From NCBI GenBank assembly GCA_017640445.1, contig JAEPQQ010000003.1, positions 42,543-106,542 on the forward strand: DNA of 64,000 nucleotides, written 5' to 3'. Both the position numbers and the translations under genes were made by a program. This document shows positions 10,178 to 19,889 of the stretch, piece after piece (the first letter of the stretch is position 1; each line of letters starts with the position of its first letter). Origin of the DNA: Bacteroidia bacterium (GTDB lineage Bacteria; Bacteroidota; Bacteroidia; NS11-12g; UBA9320). The notes under the pieces are model-generated. The model saw nothing but the letters and a program-made list of their open reading frames with translations. It searched no databases and had not been told where the DNA came from.

Positions 10178-10786
10178 ATGAAACGATCAGTACTTACATT
10201 TCTTAGTGTAATGATAGTTACACTGGCCTCTGCACAGGCCGATTCGACCAAAGCAAAGAAACAGCATCCTGTAAATCTTGATTCGATTGAGGTTGTACGG
10301 GTTATTGTAGACTCCGCTAGCGGAGACACCTTGTTGTTTTATCGGTTTGAAGAAGTTGTATTAAAAGACTTTAACACACCTGAACAGAAAGAGGAATACA
10401 GAAGATTAAAGTACAATGTCAAGAAAGTAATGCCGTATGCCAAGCTCGCTGCCTTCCGTTTACAAATGATGGAAGACAACCTCCTGCTCATAAACGACCC
10501 CAAAGCAAGAGAGAAATACATCAAAGAAACCGAAAAGTCGTTGAAAGAAGATTTTATGGAGACGCTCAAAGGCTTCTCCAGGTCTCAAGGCTTGCTTCTA
10601 ATCAAGTTGATGCACCGGGAAACAGGTAAAACGACGTACGACATCTTAAAAGGCTACCGCGGAAACGTGGAAACCTTCTATTGGAGTGCTTTTGCTAAAA
10701 TGTACAACGCTAACCTCAAGGTGGAGTACGACCCTATTGTTGACTACCAGCTCGACATGATTATTAAGGCCTATAACCTGGAATAG
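10178..10786 (+). CDS. DUF4294-family protein
   Basis: Signal peptide; NVKKVMPYAK, SQGLLLIKLMHRETG, LKVEYDP pattern recalled for this Bacteroidota family. Confidence 0.75.
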   Translation: MKRSVLTFLSVMIVTLASAQADSTKAKKQHPVNLDSIEVVRVIVDSASGDTLLFYRFEEVVLKDFNTPEQKEEYRRLKYNVKKVMPYAKLAAFRLQMMEDNLLLINDPKAREKYIKETEKSLKEDFMETLKGFSRSQGLLLIKLMHRETGKTTYDILKGYRGNVETFYWSAFAKMYNANLKVEYDPIVDYQLDMIIKAYNLE

Positions 10787-10823
10787 TCACCAACAAATTA
10801 ATGGCTAGATTTGTTGCCTAGTC

Positions 10824-11552
10824 ATGGCGGTAGAGAAATTAGACATCCTGGCCTTTGCGGCCCACCCGGATGATGCAGAACTTGCATGCTCGGGCACACT
10901 TCTTAAACACATTCAACTAGGATATAAAGTAGGCGTTGTAGACCTGACTCAGGGCGACCTCGGAACCAGAGGCAGCATTGAGATTCGAGCCAGGGAAGCG
11001 GAGAAGTCCTCTCAAATTCTTGGGTTATCGGCACGTGAAAACTTAAAAATGCCGGATGGCTTTTTTGACCAAACGGAGGAAAACCTAAAGAAAATAATCT
11101 ACGCAATCCGCAAGTATCAACCAGATGTTTTATTTGCCAATGCTATTCACGACCGACATCCTGATCATGGAAGAGGTTCTGAAATTGTTTCGCGGGCAAA
11201 CTTCTTAAGCGGTCTGGCGAAAATAAAAACCTACGACCACGATGGACAAGAACAGGCACCCTGGCGCCCTTCGAACGTCTATCACTACATTCAGTTTCGT
11301 CACATCAAGCCTGATTTTATTGTTGACATTACACAACAATGGCCTACCAAGCTGGAAGCGATAAAAGCATTCGAAAGTCAGTTCTTTAATCCTGATTCAG
11401 ACGAGCCCGAAACGTTAATAGCTTCCGAAAAATTCCTAAAATACATCGAAGCCAGAGCGCGAGAGTTTGGAGCCGCCATTGAAACCGAATTTGGTGAAGG
11501 TTTTACCACTGAAAAACCCATTGGCGTGCACGATGTGCTGCGCTTAACCTAA
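10824..11552 (+). CDS. bshB1: Bacillithiol biosynthesis deacetylase (PIG-L family)
   Basis: AHPDDAEL, DLTQGDLGTRG, DRHPDH, EGF motifs. Confidence 0.9.
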   Translation: MAVEKLDILAFAAHPDDAELACSGTLLKHIQLGYKVGVVDLTQGDLGTRGSIEIRAREAEKSSQILGLSARENLKMPDGFFDQTEENLKKIIYAIRKYQPDVLFANAIHDRHPDHGRGSEIVSRANFLSGLAKIKTYDHDGQEQAPWRPSNVYHYIQFRHIKPDFIVDITQQWPTKLEAIKAFESQFFNPDSDEPETLIASEKFLKYIEARAREFGAAIETEFGEGFTTEKPIGVHDVLRLT

Positions 11553-14105
11553 TCACCGAGCTACGGTAAACCCTTTTTTATACCGTCGGTGATTACCTTC
11601 CAGGTCCAGTGTTTCAATCAGCACGACATAAACGCCTGGCTCTACCAGGTTTCCGTGTTGCGTAATTCCATCCCACAAAAAGATATTCTTTTCCCCGGCC
11701 AGGGCAGTGTTAACGGGAAACGCAACAAGTCTGCCTAAACGGTCAAATATGCGTACATGCACATTGGTATTGGGCGTCAAACGGCTGTAATAAATCTGAA
11801 GCACGTCGTCTTTACCATCTCCATTGGGTAAAAATGGGTCCGGCAGCACTTCGACATCCACACCGTCAACCAACTCTATAAACTGTGAATTCTGATACCC
11901 AGGTGTACCGTAATTCTCGGCATATGAAGCCGATGCCCAATTGGAACTATCGTTGGAGGGCCACTCAAAACTTCGCCTCTCCAGGCTTACCCCTTTTGTG
12001 TCATCCAGAAGACCAAAATGCATGTTGCGGTGGTAATGAAAACTATCAATGATCTGCCCCGATCTGTTCAACACATAAACGTCACCTTCTTCCTGCGGAA
12101 GTCCTGGAACTCTCATTTCAATAAATCTCGAGTTGAACGATTTAGGATAGTGAAGGCGCACCGACGATGGATTAAGGGTAAGGAGGAGATACTCACCTGA
12201 CTTCCATATACCGGGTTTATCCTGGACAGGCACCTTCTCTTTCCATGTGTTTACGTGCTCGCCACGGGTTGCAAGATATAGTTGTGAAACATCAATCACC
12301 TTTCCACTAACATTTACCAGTTCTACAAAATCACTGACGCCTGCAACAGGGTCGAACAGCACCTCGTTAATCCTCAGATCGCCAGGGGCAGGCGTTTCAG
12401 CAATCGCTACAGGCACGTGTTCTTCTAACACGGCGTTCCCGTGACAATCACGGACATTTCTATAAATGAGGTTGTAGATCCGAGACGTTTCGATTTTCTC
12501 GAAAAATCCAAGTGCAAGAACATTCTCCTCGGGTTGATTAACGGAATTCGGATGTTGACCGTTCAGCTCAAAATCTTCTACCATTCCCTGATAACCGTTC
12601 AGTGATTCGTCGAATTCCAGATGAACTGTGTTCCACCCCGAGACATAACTATTCAGTAGTTTGGGCGGCTCTTCATCGTTCGAACTACCCCGCACCGAAT
12701 TCTGTTCACCGGGGCTTCCTCCTCGTAAATCGGCTGTCGAGTTCCAATTTGAGCCTGTGTGGCAGCGAAGTGACTCATCAATAAGTTCGAGGCTCCAACC
12801 ACCTTCCTGTTTCCATTGCGTACCATGCCAGGATTTTTGATAATCGAGCACGTCTATCACCTCCTGATACTCATTTTTAAGCACGAGATTGTCGCCGCCA
12901 TTGTTCAGGGTAATCATTGATGAAGTCGTTACCACTGAAGTGATATCTGCCCAATCCATAACATCCTTGCGATCGATGATAATAACCGACTGGTTTGGTT
13001 TTAGCTCCAGGCTATCGAGATACGCCATCTTGCCTGGATCGGAGATGGACCAGCCCCCCAACTGAACCAGGGAGTCTGTGGTGTTGATGATCTCCACATA
13101 TTCCTTGTCAGGAAGTCCAACCACGGGCGATGGGTCGGCCATGATTTCAGATATCCTGACCTCCCACCGGGAGGGACGCCATGGCTTCTGGTAATGCAGG
13201 TCAACAACGGTGTCGGTACAATTCTGATGGATGTCGCACAAGTTTGAGATGACGAGGCTTTGCACACCTTCTTTCAAGCTCTCATTAAGGTCCAAATCAA
13301 CAACTACGCTATCTACTACCAGGGTATTTATGGTGTTCTTATCCAGAGAAAATGTTGCTAAACGGGTGCCATTGGCATTAAGCACCTCATCGAATACAAG
13401 CTGCAGCTGTGTTTCGGATACCACTTCCACATGAGCCAGTTGCGGTGCCAGGGAGTCTACCCGAATAGAGCCTACATACATGTTATCGATTAGGTGTTTC
13501 CGATGAAAGGAAGCACTCGATTGTTGTATCGCTAATCCAGTACTTTTCACCTCCTCTTTTAAATGATGAGTTGCCCCCTCCATGAGGTCGTAAACTCCAT
13601 CGTGACGTTGATCTACATGCAGTGTCCAGTGTCGATTTTCACGAAGGGTCACCGTAATTCTTCCTTCGAAATGGTGGGTCATTCCATCCGGACCATCCAC
13701 TAACACCTGCCAGGTGTCACTTTCCCTATGGAGTAACCGAATGTCGTCTTTCACTCCACCAATTCGAACAACAACGCCGTTACCAGATACTTGTTCAGAA
13801 TCGCTGGTTAAAACCAGGTCCAGATAGTTAACAGACGACGTATTGAAGTGTAATTGAACATCAAACGACCATTCCATATCGGATTGGCCCTTGATTTTTG
13901 TCATCATACTAAACCGATGGTTGGCCGAATTGCTCGCCGACCTGAGATAATGCGAGGAATAATCAAAAAGCTGGGTATCCCCCATCCAGACTCCCCTCAA
14001 TCGAGGAGTGTTAAAGTTTTCATACACCAGAGTATCTTGTGCATGTAACGAGGTAAAAAGTGTGCATAACAGTGCTGTAAAAACAGCGGTTCGATTTGTT
14101 TTCAT
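11553..14105 (-). CDS. Secreted lamin-tail-domain protein with a T9SS-type C-terminal domain
   Basis: Signal peptide; two LTD motifs (ISEIMADP...EYVEI, INEVLFDP...DFVEL); GTPG.NS; C-terminal PNGDGKDD...IFD..G..V...WDG...GVY. Confidence 0.8.
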   Translation of the reverse strand: MKTNRTAVFTALLCTLFTSLHAQDTLVYENFNTPRLRGVWMGDTQLFDYSSHYLRSASNSANHRFSMMTKIKGQSDMEWSFDVQLHFNTSSVNYLDLVLTSDSEQVSGNGVVVRIGGVKDDIRLLHRESDTWQVLVDGPDGMTHHFEGRITVTLRENRHWTLHVDQRHDGVYDLMEGATHHLKEEVKSTGLAIQQSSASFHRKHLIDNMYVGSIRVDSLAPQLAHVEVVSETQLQLVFDEVLNANGTRLATFSLDKNTINTLVVDSVVVDLDLNESLKEGVQSLVISNLCDIHQNCTDTVVDLHYQKPWRPSRWEVRISEIMADPSPVVGLPDKEYVEIINTTDSLVQLGGWSISDPGKMAYLDSLELKPNQSVIIIDRKDVMDWADITSVVTTSSMITLNNGGDNLVLKNEYQEVIDVLDYQKSWHGTQWKQEGGWSLELIDESLRCHTGSNWNSTADLRGGSPGEQNSVRGSSNDEEPPKLLNSYVSGWNTVHLEFDESLNGYQGMVEDFELNGQHPNSVNQPEENVLALGFFEKIETSRIYNLIYRNVRDCHGNAVLEEHVPVAIAETPAPGDLRINEVLFDPVAGVSDFVELVNVSGKVIDVSQLYLATRGEHVNTWKEKVPVQDKPGIWKSGEYLLLTLNPSSVRLHYPKSFNSRFIEMRVPGLPQEEGDVYVLNRSGQIIDSFHYHRNMHFGLLDDTKGVSLERRSFEWPSNDSSNWASASYAENYGTPGYQNSQFIELVDGVDVEVLPDPFLPNGDGKDDVLQIYYSRLTPNTNVHVRIFDRLGRLVAFPVNTALAGEKNIFLWDGITQHGNLVEPGVYVVLIETLDLEGNHRRYKKGFTVAR

Positions 14106-14191
14106 GGTTTTGGTAAGGTTATTCTAGTCAAAAGTACTAAAGAACTCTAAATTGGCTTTGATTTACGTTAAATTTGCCGTCTTGCAAAAAG

Positions 14192-17050
14192 TTGGCAGCC
14201 GGGAAAGACATATTCGAACAGGGTAGTATCAACATAATTGGTGCTCGGGAACACAACCTAAAAAACGTCAATCTGACCATTCCCAGAGGGAAATTGGTGG
14301 TGTTTACAGGCTTGAGTGGTAGTGGTAAGTCGTCGTTGGCTTTTGATACCATTTTTGCCGAAGGACAACGCCGATATATGGACACTTTTTCGGCTTACGC
14401 TCGCCAGTTTATCGGCGACATGAAACGACCTGACGTTGACAAGATTGAAGGTTTAAGTCCGGTTATCTCCATTGAACAAAAGACGGTAAGTAAAAATCCT
14501 CGTTCTACGGTTGGAACCATTACCGAGATTTATGACTTCCTTCGACTGCTCTATGCCAGGGCCGGAGAGGCGTACAGTTACCTAAGCAACAAGCCAATGA
14601 CCAGGTTTTCAGAGGACCAGGTTATCAATCTAATTCTCGACAACTTTGACGGGAAAAAAGTAGCTGTACTCGCTCCTATTGTTAAAGGAAGAAAGGGACA
14701 CTATCGCGACCTGTTCGAGCAATATGCCAAAAAAGGTTATTCAAAAATGCGGGTGGATGGCGAGATCGTTCGAATCGACCCGGGCATGCAACTCGACCGA
14801 TACAAAGTGCATGATATTGAATTGGTGATTGACCGAATCGAAGTAAGTGGCGACAATCGCTTCCGGGTAAGCGAATCGGTTAAAGCCGGACTTAAAGCCG
14901 GAAACGGCATCATCATGCTGTTTGACTTTGAAACAGAAGAGGTTCAGCATTTTAGCAAGAACCTGATGGACGCTGAAACGGGACTCGCTTACGATGAGCC
15001 TCAGCCCAATACCTTCTCATTCAATTCACCCTATGGTGCCTGCCCAAAGTGTAATGGACTTGGAACACTCGCCGATATTGAGGAAGAACTTATCATTCCC
15101 AACCCTAAACTAAGTATTAACAAAGGAGGTATTGCCCCGCTTGGTCAGTATCGATCCAATTGGACTTTTACACAGCTTAGGGCCATGGCCAAGAAGATGA
15201 AATTCAGCCTGGCCGACCCTATAAACAAACTAAGCCGTGAGGTGCTCGACGCTATTTTGAATGGCAGTCAGGAAAAGTTTGAAGTAACCTATACCTATTC
15301 GGGCGGTGGACAACAAACGTATGAAACCGCGTTTAAAGGGGTTATTCCAATGCTCCAGCATTCTTACATGCAGAAGTCGCAAGACAGTTTGCACCAATGG
15401 GCTGATGAGTTTATGGTTATGCGAACCTGCCCTGAATGTGATGGGTTCCGCTTGAAAAAAGAGGCCCTGCATTACTTTATAGCAGGAAAACAAATTGGTG
15501 AGCTCGGTGAAATGAACATTTCCGAACTGGCCGAATGGCTTGACGGGTTGGATGATCAATTGAACGACCGACAAAAGACCATTGCTACCGAACTCCTCAA
15601 AGAGATACGAAGCCGAATTGGCTTTCTTACCAACGTTGGACTTGGCTACTTGAGTCTGAATAATCCTGCCCGAACGCTGTCAGGAGGTGAAGCGCAGCGT
15701 ATTCGACTGGCAACTCAAATAGGTTCTCAGTTAGAAGAAGTGCTTTACATTCTGGATGAACCAAGTATTGGCCTTCATCAGCGCGACAATATGCGACTCA
15801 TCGAATCGCTTAAACAACTTAGAGACGTTGGGAACTCGGTGATTGTTGTGGAACATGATAAAGACATGATCCTGGAAAGCGACTATGTGGTTGATATTGG
15901 GCCCAAAGCCGGGAAACACGGTGGCGACATTACGGCATCGGGCAACTGGGAGAGCATTCGCTCTGCGGGTAGTTTGACTTCCGACTATCTAAGTGGAGCA
16001 AAGGAGATTGAAGTTCCCAAACGTCGGAGAAAAGGAAATGGAAAAAAAATAAGCCTTAAAGGCTGTACCGGAAACAACCTAAAGAAGGTGAACGTCGACT
16101 TCCCTCTGGGGAAATTTATATGCGTTACGGGTGTTTCGGGCAGTGGCAAAAGTTCATTGATCAATGAGACACTCCACCCCATTCTGTCGCACCACATTTA
16201 TGGCTCTCGTAAAAGGCCTCTTGGGTACGACAAGATCACAGGACTTAACAGCATTGACAAAGTCATCAAAATTGACCAATCGCCAATCGGACGATCTCCG
16301 CGTTCAAACCCGGCCACATACGTAGGTTTCTTCACCGACATACGCAATCTGTTTAGTGAACTTCCAGAAGCTAAGATCAGAGGCTATAAACCAGGCCGGT
16401 TCTCTTTTAACGTAAAAGGTGGTAGATGTGAAACCTGCAAAGGAGGAGGAAGAAGAATTATTGAAATGAATTTTCTTCCCGACGTTGAAGTGGAATGCGA
16501 AACCTGTTTGGGTAAACGCTACAACCGCGACACGCTCGAAATTCGGTATCGAGGTAAATCCATCAGCGATGTACTCGACATGAGCGTTGACGAAGCCACC
16601 AAATTCTTCGAAAACATCCCTTCGATCTATCGAAAGATTAAGGCGTTGCAAGATGTTGGTTTAGGCTACATCACCCTTGGTCAGAGCAGCACTACCATTT
16701 CAGGTGGTGAGGCCCAACGGGTAAAACTGTCAAGCGAGTTGAGCAAGATCAGTACAGGAAACACGTTTTACATTCTCGATGAACCTACTACAGGTCTTCA
16801 TTTCGAAGATATACGTGTGCTGCTTTCGGTACTTCAAAACCTAACCGACCTGGGCAACACAGTTCTGGTTGTTGAACACAATCTGGACGTTGTTAAAGTG
16901 GCCGATCACTTGATTGATCTGGGACCAGAAGGAGGTAAAGGCGGAGGGCAAATCATTGCAACCGGCACACCCGAACAATTGATTAAGAACAAAGAAAGCC
17001 ATACCGCTCGTTTCCTAAAGCCGGAATTGGAAACCTCTAAAACCAAGTAG
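14192..17050 (+). CDS. uvrA: Excinuclease ABC subunit A
   Basis: GAREHNLKN, two Walker A motifs (GLSGSGKSS, GVSGSGKSS), LSGGEAQR and zinc fingers. Start placed at TTG 14192 because the ORF-track start at 14174 falls inside the TAAATTTG -7 box. Confidence 0.95.
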   Translation: MAAGKDIFEQGSINIIGAREHNLKNVNLTIPRGKLVVFTGLSGSGKSSLAFDTIFAEGQRRYMDTFSAYARQFIGDMKRPDVDKIEGLSPVISIEQKTVSKNPRSTVGTITEIYDFLRLLYARAGEAYSYLSNKPMTRFSEDQVINLILDNFDGKKVAVLAPIVKGRKGHYRDLFEQYAKKGYSKMRVDGEIVRIDPGMQLDRYKVHDIELVIDRIEVSGDNRFRVSESVKAGLKAGNGIIMLFDFETEEVQHFSKNLMDAETGLAYDEPQPNTFSFNSPYGACPKCNGLGTLADIEEELIIPNPKLSINKGGIAPLGQYRSNWTFTQLRAMAKKMKFSLADPINKLSREVLDAILNGSQEKFEVTYTYSGGGQQTYETAFKGVIPMLQHSYMQKSQDSLHQWADEFMVMRTCPECDGFRLKKEALHYFIAGKQIGELGEMNISELAEWLDGLDDQLNDRQKTIATELLKEIRSRIGFLTNVGLGYLSLNNPARTLSGGEAQRIRLATQIGSQLEEVLYILDEPSIGLHQRDNMRLIESLKQLRDVGNSVIVVEHDKDMILESDYVVDIGPKAGKHGGDITASGNWESIRSAGSLTSDYLSGAKEIEVPKRRRKGNGKKISLKGCTGNNLKKVNVDFPLGKFICVTGVSGSGKSSLINETLHPILSHHIYGSRKRPLGYDKITGLNSIDKVIKIDQSPIGRSPRSNPATYVGFFTDIRNLFSELPEAKIRGYKPGRFSFNVKGGRCETCKGGGRRIIEMNFLPDVEVECETCLGKRYNRDTLEIRYRGKSISDVLDMSVDEATKFFENIPSIYRKIKALQDVGLGYITLGQSSTTISGGEAQRVKLSSELSKISTGNTFYILDEPTTGLHFEDIRVLLSVLQNLTDLGNTVLVVEHNLDVVKVADHLIDLGPEGGKGGGQIIATGTPEQLIKNKESHTARFLKPELETSKTK

Positions 17051-17123
17051 GTTCTATTTTTTACACCTTCACGACATGAGTTCCTGAACGGTTTGTTAGC
17101 TTTGGTAGCTTACCACTTTGAAC

Positions 17124-18008
17124 ATGACTAAAGTCTACGTCGCTCTCTGCACATTGAGCTTAATCGGTTTCTCTGCCTGTACCAAAAAAGACCCTCTTAT
17201 TGGAGAACCACATCGAACCGGCCATCTTAGCCCCCGATGGGCATCCACCGTGAAACAACCGCGGAACGTAGTGCTCGAATACTTCCAGGGAGTACGGACT
17301 CCCTACTCTGCCTCGGCCGATCAGATAGTTGAAGAGTTAGAAGGTCGATATGGTGATCGGGTTCTTCCCATTGCTATTCACGCTGGAACGTTTGCAGCCC
17401 CTCTTTCGGGGTGGGCAAATTTCACTTGTCGCTATGGTGCTGAAATACTTAGCCAGGCAGAACCCTCAGGTTTTCCATTTGGAACGGTTAATCGTTCCAT
17501 CTTTTTGGGTAAAGGAATGAACGGAAATCTAAGCATGGCCATGAGCAGGCAAGACTGGGAGTCGACGTTTTCAGGCCTGCACAGGGACACTTCGTACGTG
17601 AACATCGGTGGTGAAGCGATTATTGACCTCTCGCAAGAGAAAATGTCGGTAACGGTTGAACTGTATTACACCGATAACAACTATTTCGATAACTATATAA
17701 ATATAGCCCTGCTCCAGGATGGTCTCAAAGCGTTGTTGACGGGTCAAAATACGGGCTATGTCCACAATCACGTTCTGCGCGATTTACTAACTGGTCAATG
17801 GGGTGTTGAGGTTCCTGCCGACACCATGAGAAAAGGCAACGTCTATCGTCAAACTTTTCACTATCCCATTCCTCGAAACTACAACGGGGCGTTGATCCCA
17901 CCCGGAGGTGGTCCAACCGTTTATGAAGACCTTGACCTGGTGGTGTTTGTATCCCGAAAACAAACCAATATTATAACCGGAATACGACTTCCGATACGGA
18001 TTGAATAA
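17124..18008 (+). CDS. Omp28-related thioredoxin-fold lipoprotein (lacks CxxC)
   Basis: Lipobox FSAC; VVLEYFQG, GFP.GTVNR, YVHNHVLRD; clear paralogue of the next gene. Confidence 0.8.
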   Translation: MTKVYVALCTLSLIGFSACTKKDPLIGEPHRTGHLSPRWASTVKQPRNVVLEYFQGVRTPYSASADQIVEELEGRYGDRVLPIAIHAGTFAAPLSGWANFTCRYGAEILSQAEPSGFPFGTVNRSIFLGKGMNGNLSMAMSRQDWESTFSGLHRDTSYVNIGGEAIIDLSQEKMSVTVELYYTDNNYFDNYINIALLQDGLKALLTGQNTGYVHNHVLRDLLTGQWGVEVPADTMRKGNVYRQTFHYPIPRNYNGALIPPGGGPTVYEDLDLVVFVSRKQTNIITGIRLPIRIE

Positions 18009-18216
18009 GCTCGAAAAGCGTCCTTTTCATAACCTTTTATTAACTCAATGGAAAAGTGGGTATAAGTTGGATAAATCGGAAGATTTGCCACCGTTGGTCT
18101 AAATTTGACAGAAATGTGGCCTGCAACTGGTAATTCAGATACACATCGCTTGTTTTTCTGAAGATTTAAAATCAACTTCGAAACCCTAATAGATGTATTA
18201 GTTTTAATTATTGAAT

Positions 18217-19107
18217 ATGAAAAAGATTTTTTTACTAAGTGTTGTAGCAACCATGGTTCTATTTGGTTGTTCAGAAGACACAACTCCAGGTACTGGAAAT
18301 GGTAATGGCGATGGAAATGGAAACTCAGGTCCTACACTTGCTTCTACAGAGCAGGAAAACCGTAATGCCGTACTAGAAGATTTTACTGGTGTTCGATGTG
18401 GATATTGCCCACAAGGACACGAAATCGCTCAAGGTTTGATCGACCAGTATCCTAACGATGTAGTTGTTATTGGTGTTAACGCAGGTGGGTATGCAGCCCC
18501 AGCTCCAGGATGGGCTAACTTCACAACTTCTTATGGTCAGGCTTGGATCGACCAAAGTAGTGTTAAGGGTTACCCAGCAGGAACCGTTAACCGTCAGGCA
18601 TTTGCGGGAAGAAGCCAGGACAAAGGAACTGGTTTGGCTATGAGCCGTGGTTCTTGGGCTGCTTCTGCTCAGGAAATTATGCAAGAGCCTTCTCCGGTAA
18701 ACTTGGGTGCAACTGCTACTCTTGATACTGCTACTATGGAGTTGACTGTAACTGTAGAAGCTTACTACACTGGTGACGAGTCAGCTAACGAAAACCGAAT
18801 CAACGTTGCATTGATGCAAAGTGGAATGGTTGCGAATCAAAGCGGTGGTGGACCGAACTACGTTCACAAGCACGTTCTTCGCGACATGGTAACTGGTCAG
18901 TGGGGTGCAGAAGTTACTTCTGACAAGTCTAAAGGATCTGTTTACAAAGAAACTTTCACTTACGATGTACCAACTGATTACAATGGTGCAATGATTCCTC
19001 CAGGTGGTGGAGTTGTTATTCCTGCTGATCTTGACGTAGCAGTTTACATTGCTCGTGGACACGTAGACGTAATCACAGGTATTAACGTACCACTTACACT
19101 TAAGTAA
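18217..19107 (+). CDS. Omp28-related thioredoxin-fold lipoprotein
   Basis: Lipobox LFGC; VLEDFTGVRCGYCP; GYPAGTVNR; YVHKHVLRD. Confidence 0.85.
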   Translation: MKKIFLLSVVATMVLFGCSEDTTPGTGNGNGDGNGNSGPTLASTEQENRNAVLEDFTGVRCGYCPQGHEIAQGLIDQYPNDVVVIGVNAGGYAAPAPGWANFTTSYGQAWIDQSSVKGYPAGTVNRQAFAGRSQDKGTGLAMSRGSWAASAQEIMQEPSPVNLGATATLDTATMELTVTVEAYYTGDESANENRINVALMQSGMVANQSGGGPNYVHKHVLRDMVTGQWGAEVTSDKSKGSVYKETFTYDVPTDYNGAMIPPGGGVVIPADLDVAVYIARGHVDVITGINVPLTLK

Positions 19108-19127
19108 GAAATAAAATTTATACGCTT

Positions 19128-19159
19128 AAAGCCGTTGTCGATCGACAACGGCTTTTTTT
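19128..19159 (+). terminator. Rho-independent terminator (perfect 28-bp palindrome plus T tract)
   Basis: AAAGCCGTTGTCGA|TCGACAACGGCTTT then TTTT, just after the Omp28 gene. Confidence 0.85.
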
Positions 19160-19196
19160 GTGGCCGTAATCAAACCGCATTCCATACCTTTGCCTC

Positions 19197-19889
19197 GTGT
19201 CTGAACAAGCGAATACAAATGGGCATCTAACCTTGGTGCCAACACCTATTGGCAATTTAGAGGACATGACGTTTCGTGCACTTAACCACCTGCGTTCGTG
19301 CGACCTGATTCTTGCTGAGGATACCCGACAAACGAAGAAGCTTCTAAACCATTTTGAAATCAACAACTCGGTTGAGTCATACCATCAAAACAATGAACAT
19401 GGTAAGCTGTCGTACGTCATCCATAAATTGACCCAGGGGCTCCATATAACCTATTGCACAGATGCTGGAACGCCTGGTATTTCCGACCCCGGCTTTTTAC
19501 TGGTTCGAGAAGCTATCGCTCAAAACATCAAGGTAGAATGTTTACCAGGTGCAACGGCGTTTGTTCCCGCTCTGGTAGCCTCTGGACTTCCATGTGACCG
19601 ATTTGTATTTGAAGGCTTTTTACCCCACAAAAAAGGAAGGCAAAAGAGACTGACCAATCTCATTGATGAAGAACGAACCATGGTGTTCTACGAGAGTCCA
19701 CACCGTATCCTAAAAACCCTCAACCAATTTGTTGAGTTCTTTGGATCAGAACGAGGTGCTTCCATATCGCGTGAAATTAGCAAGATGCACGAAAGCCAAT
19801 ACCGTGGCACACTGGCTGAAGTTATCGAACAACTGGCGGCAGACACCGTGAAAGGAGAGTTTGTTGTATGCATAGCAGGCAAACCATGA
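19197..19889 (+). CDS. rsmI: 16S rRNA (cytidine1402-2'-O)-methyltransferase
   Basis: PTPIGNLEDMT.RA, AEDTR, DAGTPGISDPG, FYESPHR, REISK.HE, KGEFV. Confidence 0.95.
   Translation: MSEQANTNGHLTLVPTPIGNLEDMTFRALNHLRSCDLILAEDTRQTKKLLNHFEINNSVESYHQNNEHGKLSYVIHKLTQGLHITYCTDAGTPGISDPGFLLVREAIAQNIKVECLPGATAFVPALVASGLPCDRFVFEGFLPHKKGRQKRLTNLIDEERTMVFYESPHRILKTLNQFVEFFGSERGASISREISKMHESQYRGTLAEVIEQLAADTVKGEFVVCIAGKP

Noticed and set aside
10824-11552. Bacillithiol gene in a Gram-negative organism as a novelty
   Set aside because: bsh genes are already known to be widespread in Bacteroidota.
18295-18330. GGAAATGGTAATGGCGATGGAAATGGAAAC short repeat
   Set aside because: Encodes a Gly-Asn lipoprotein linker (GNGNGDGNGN).
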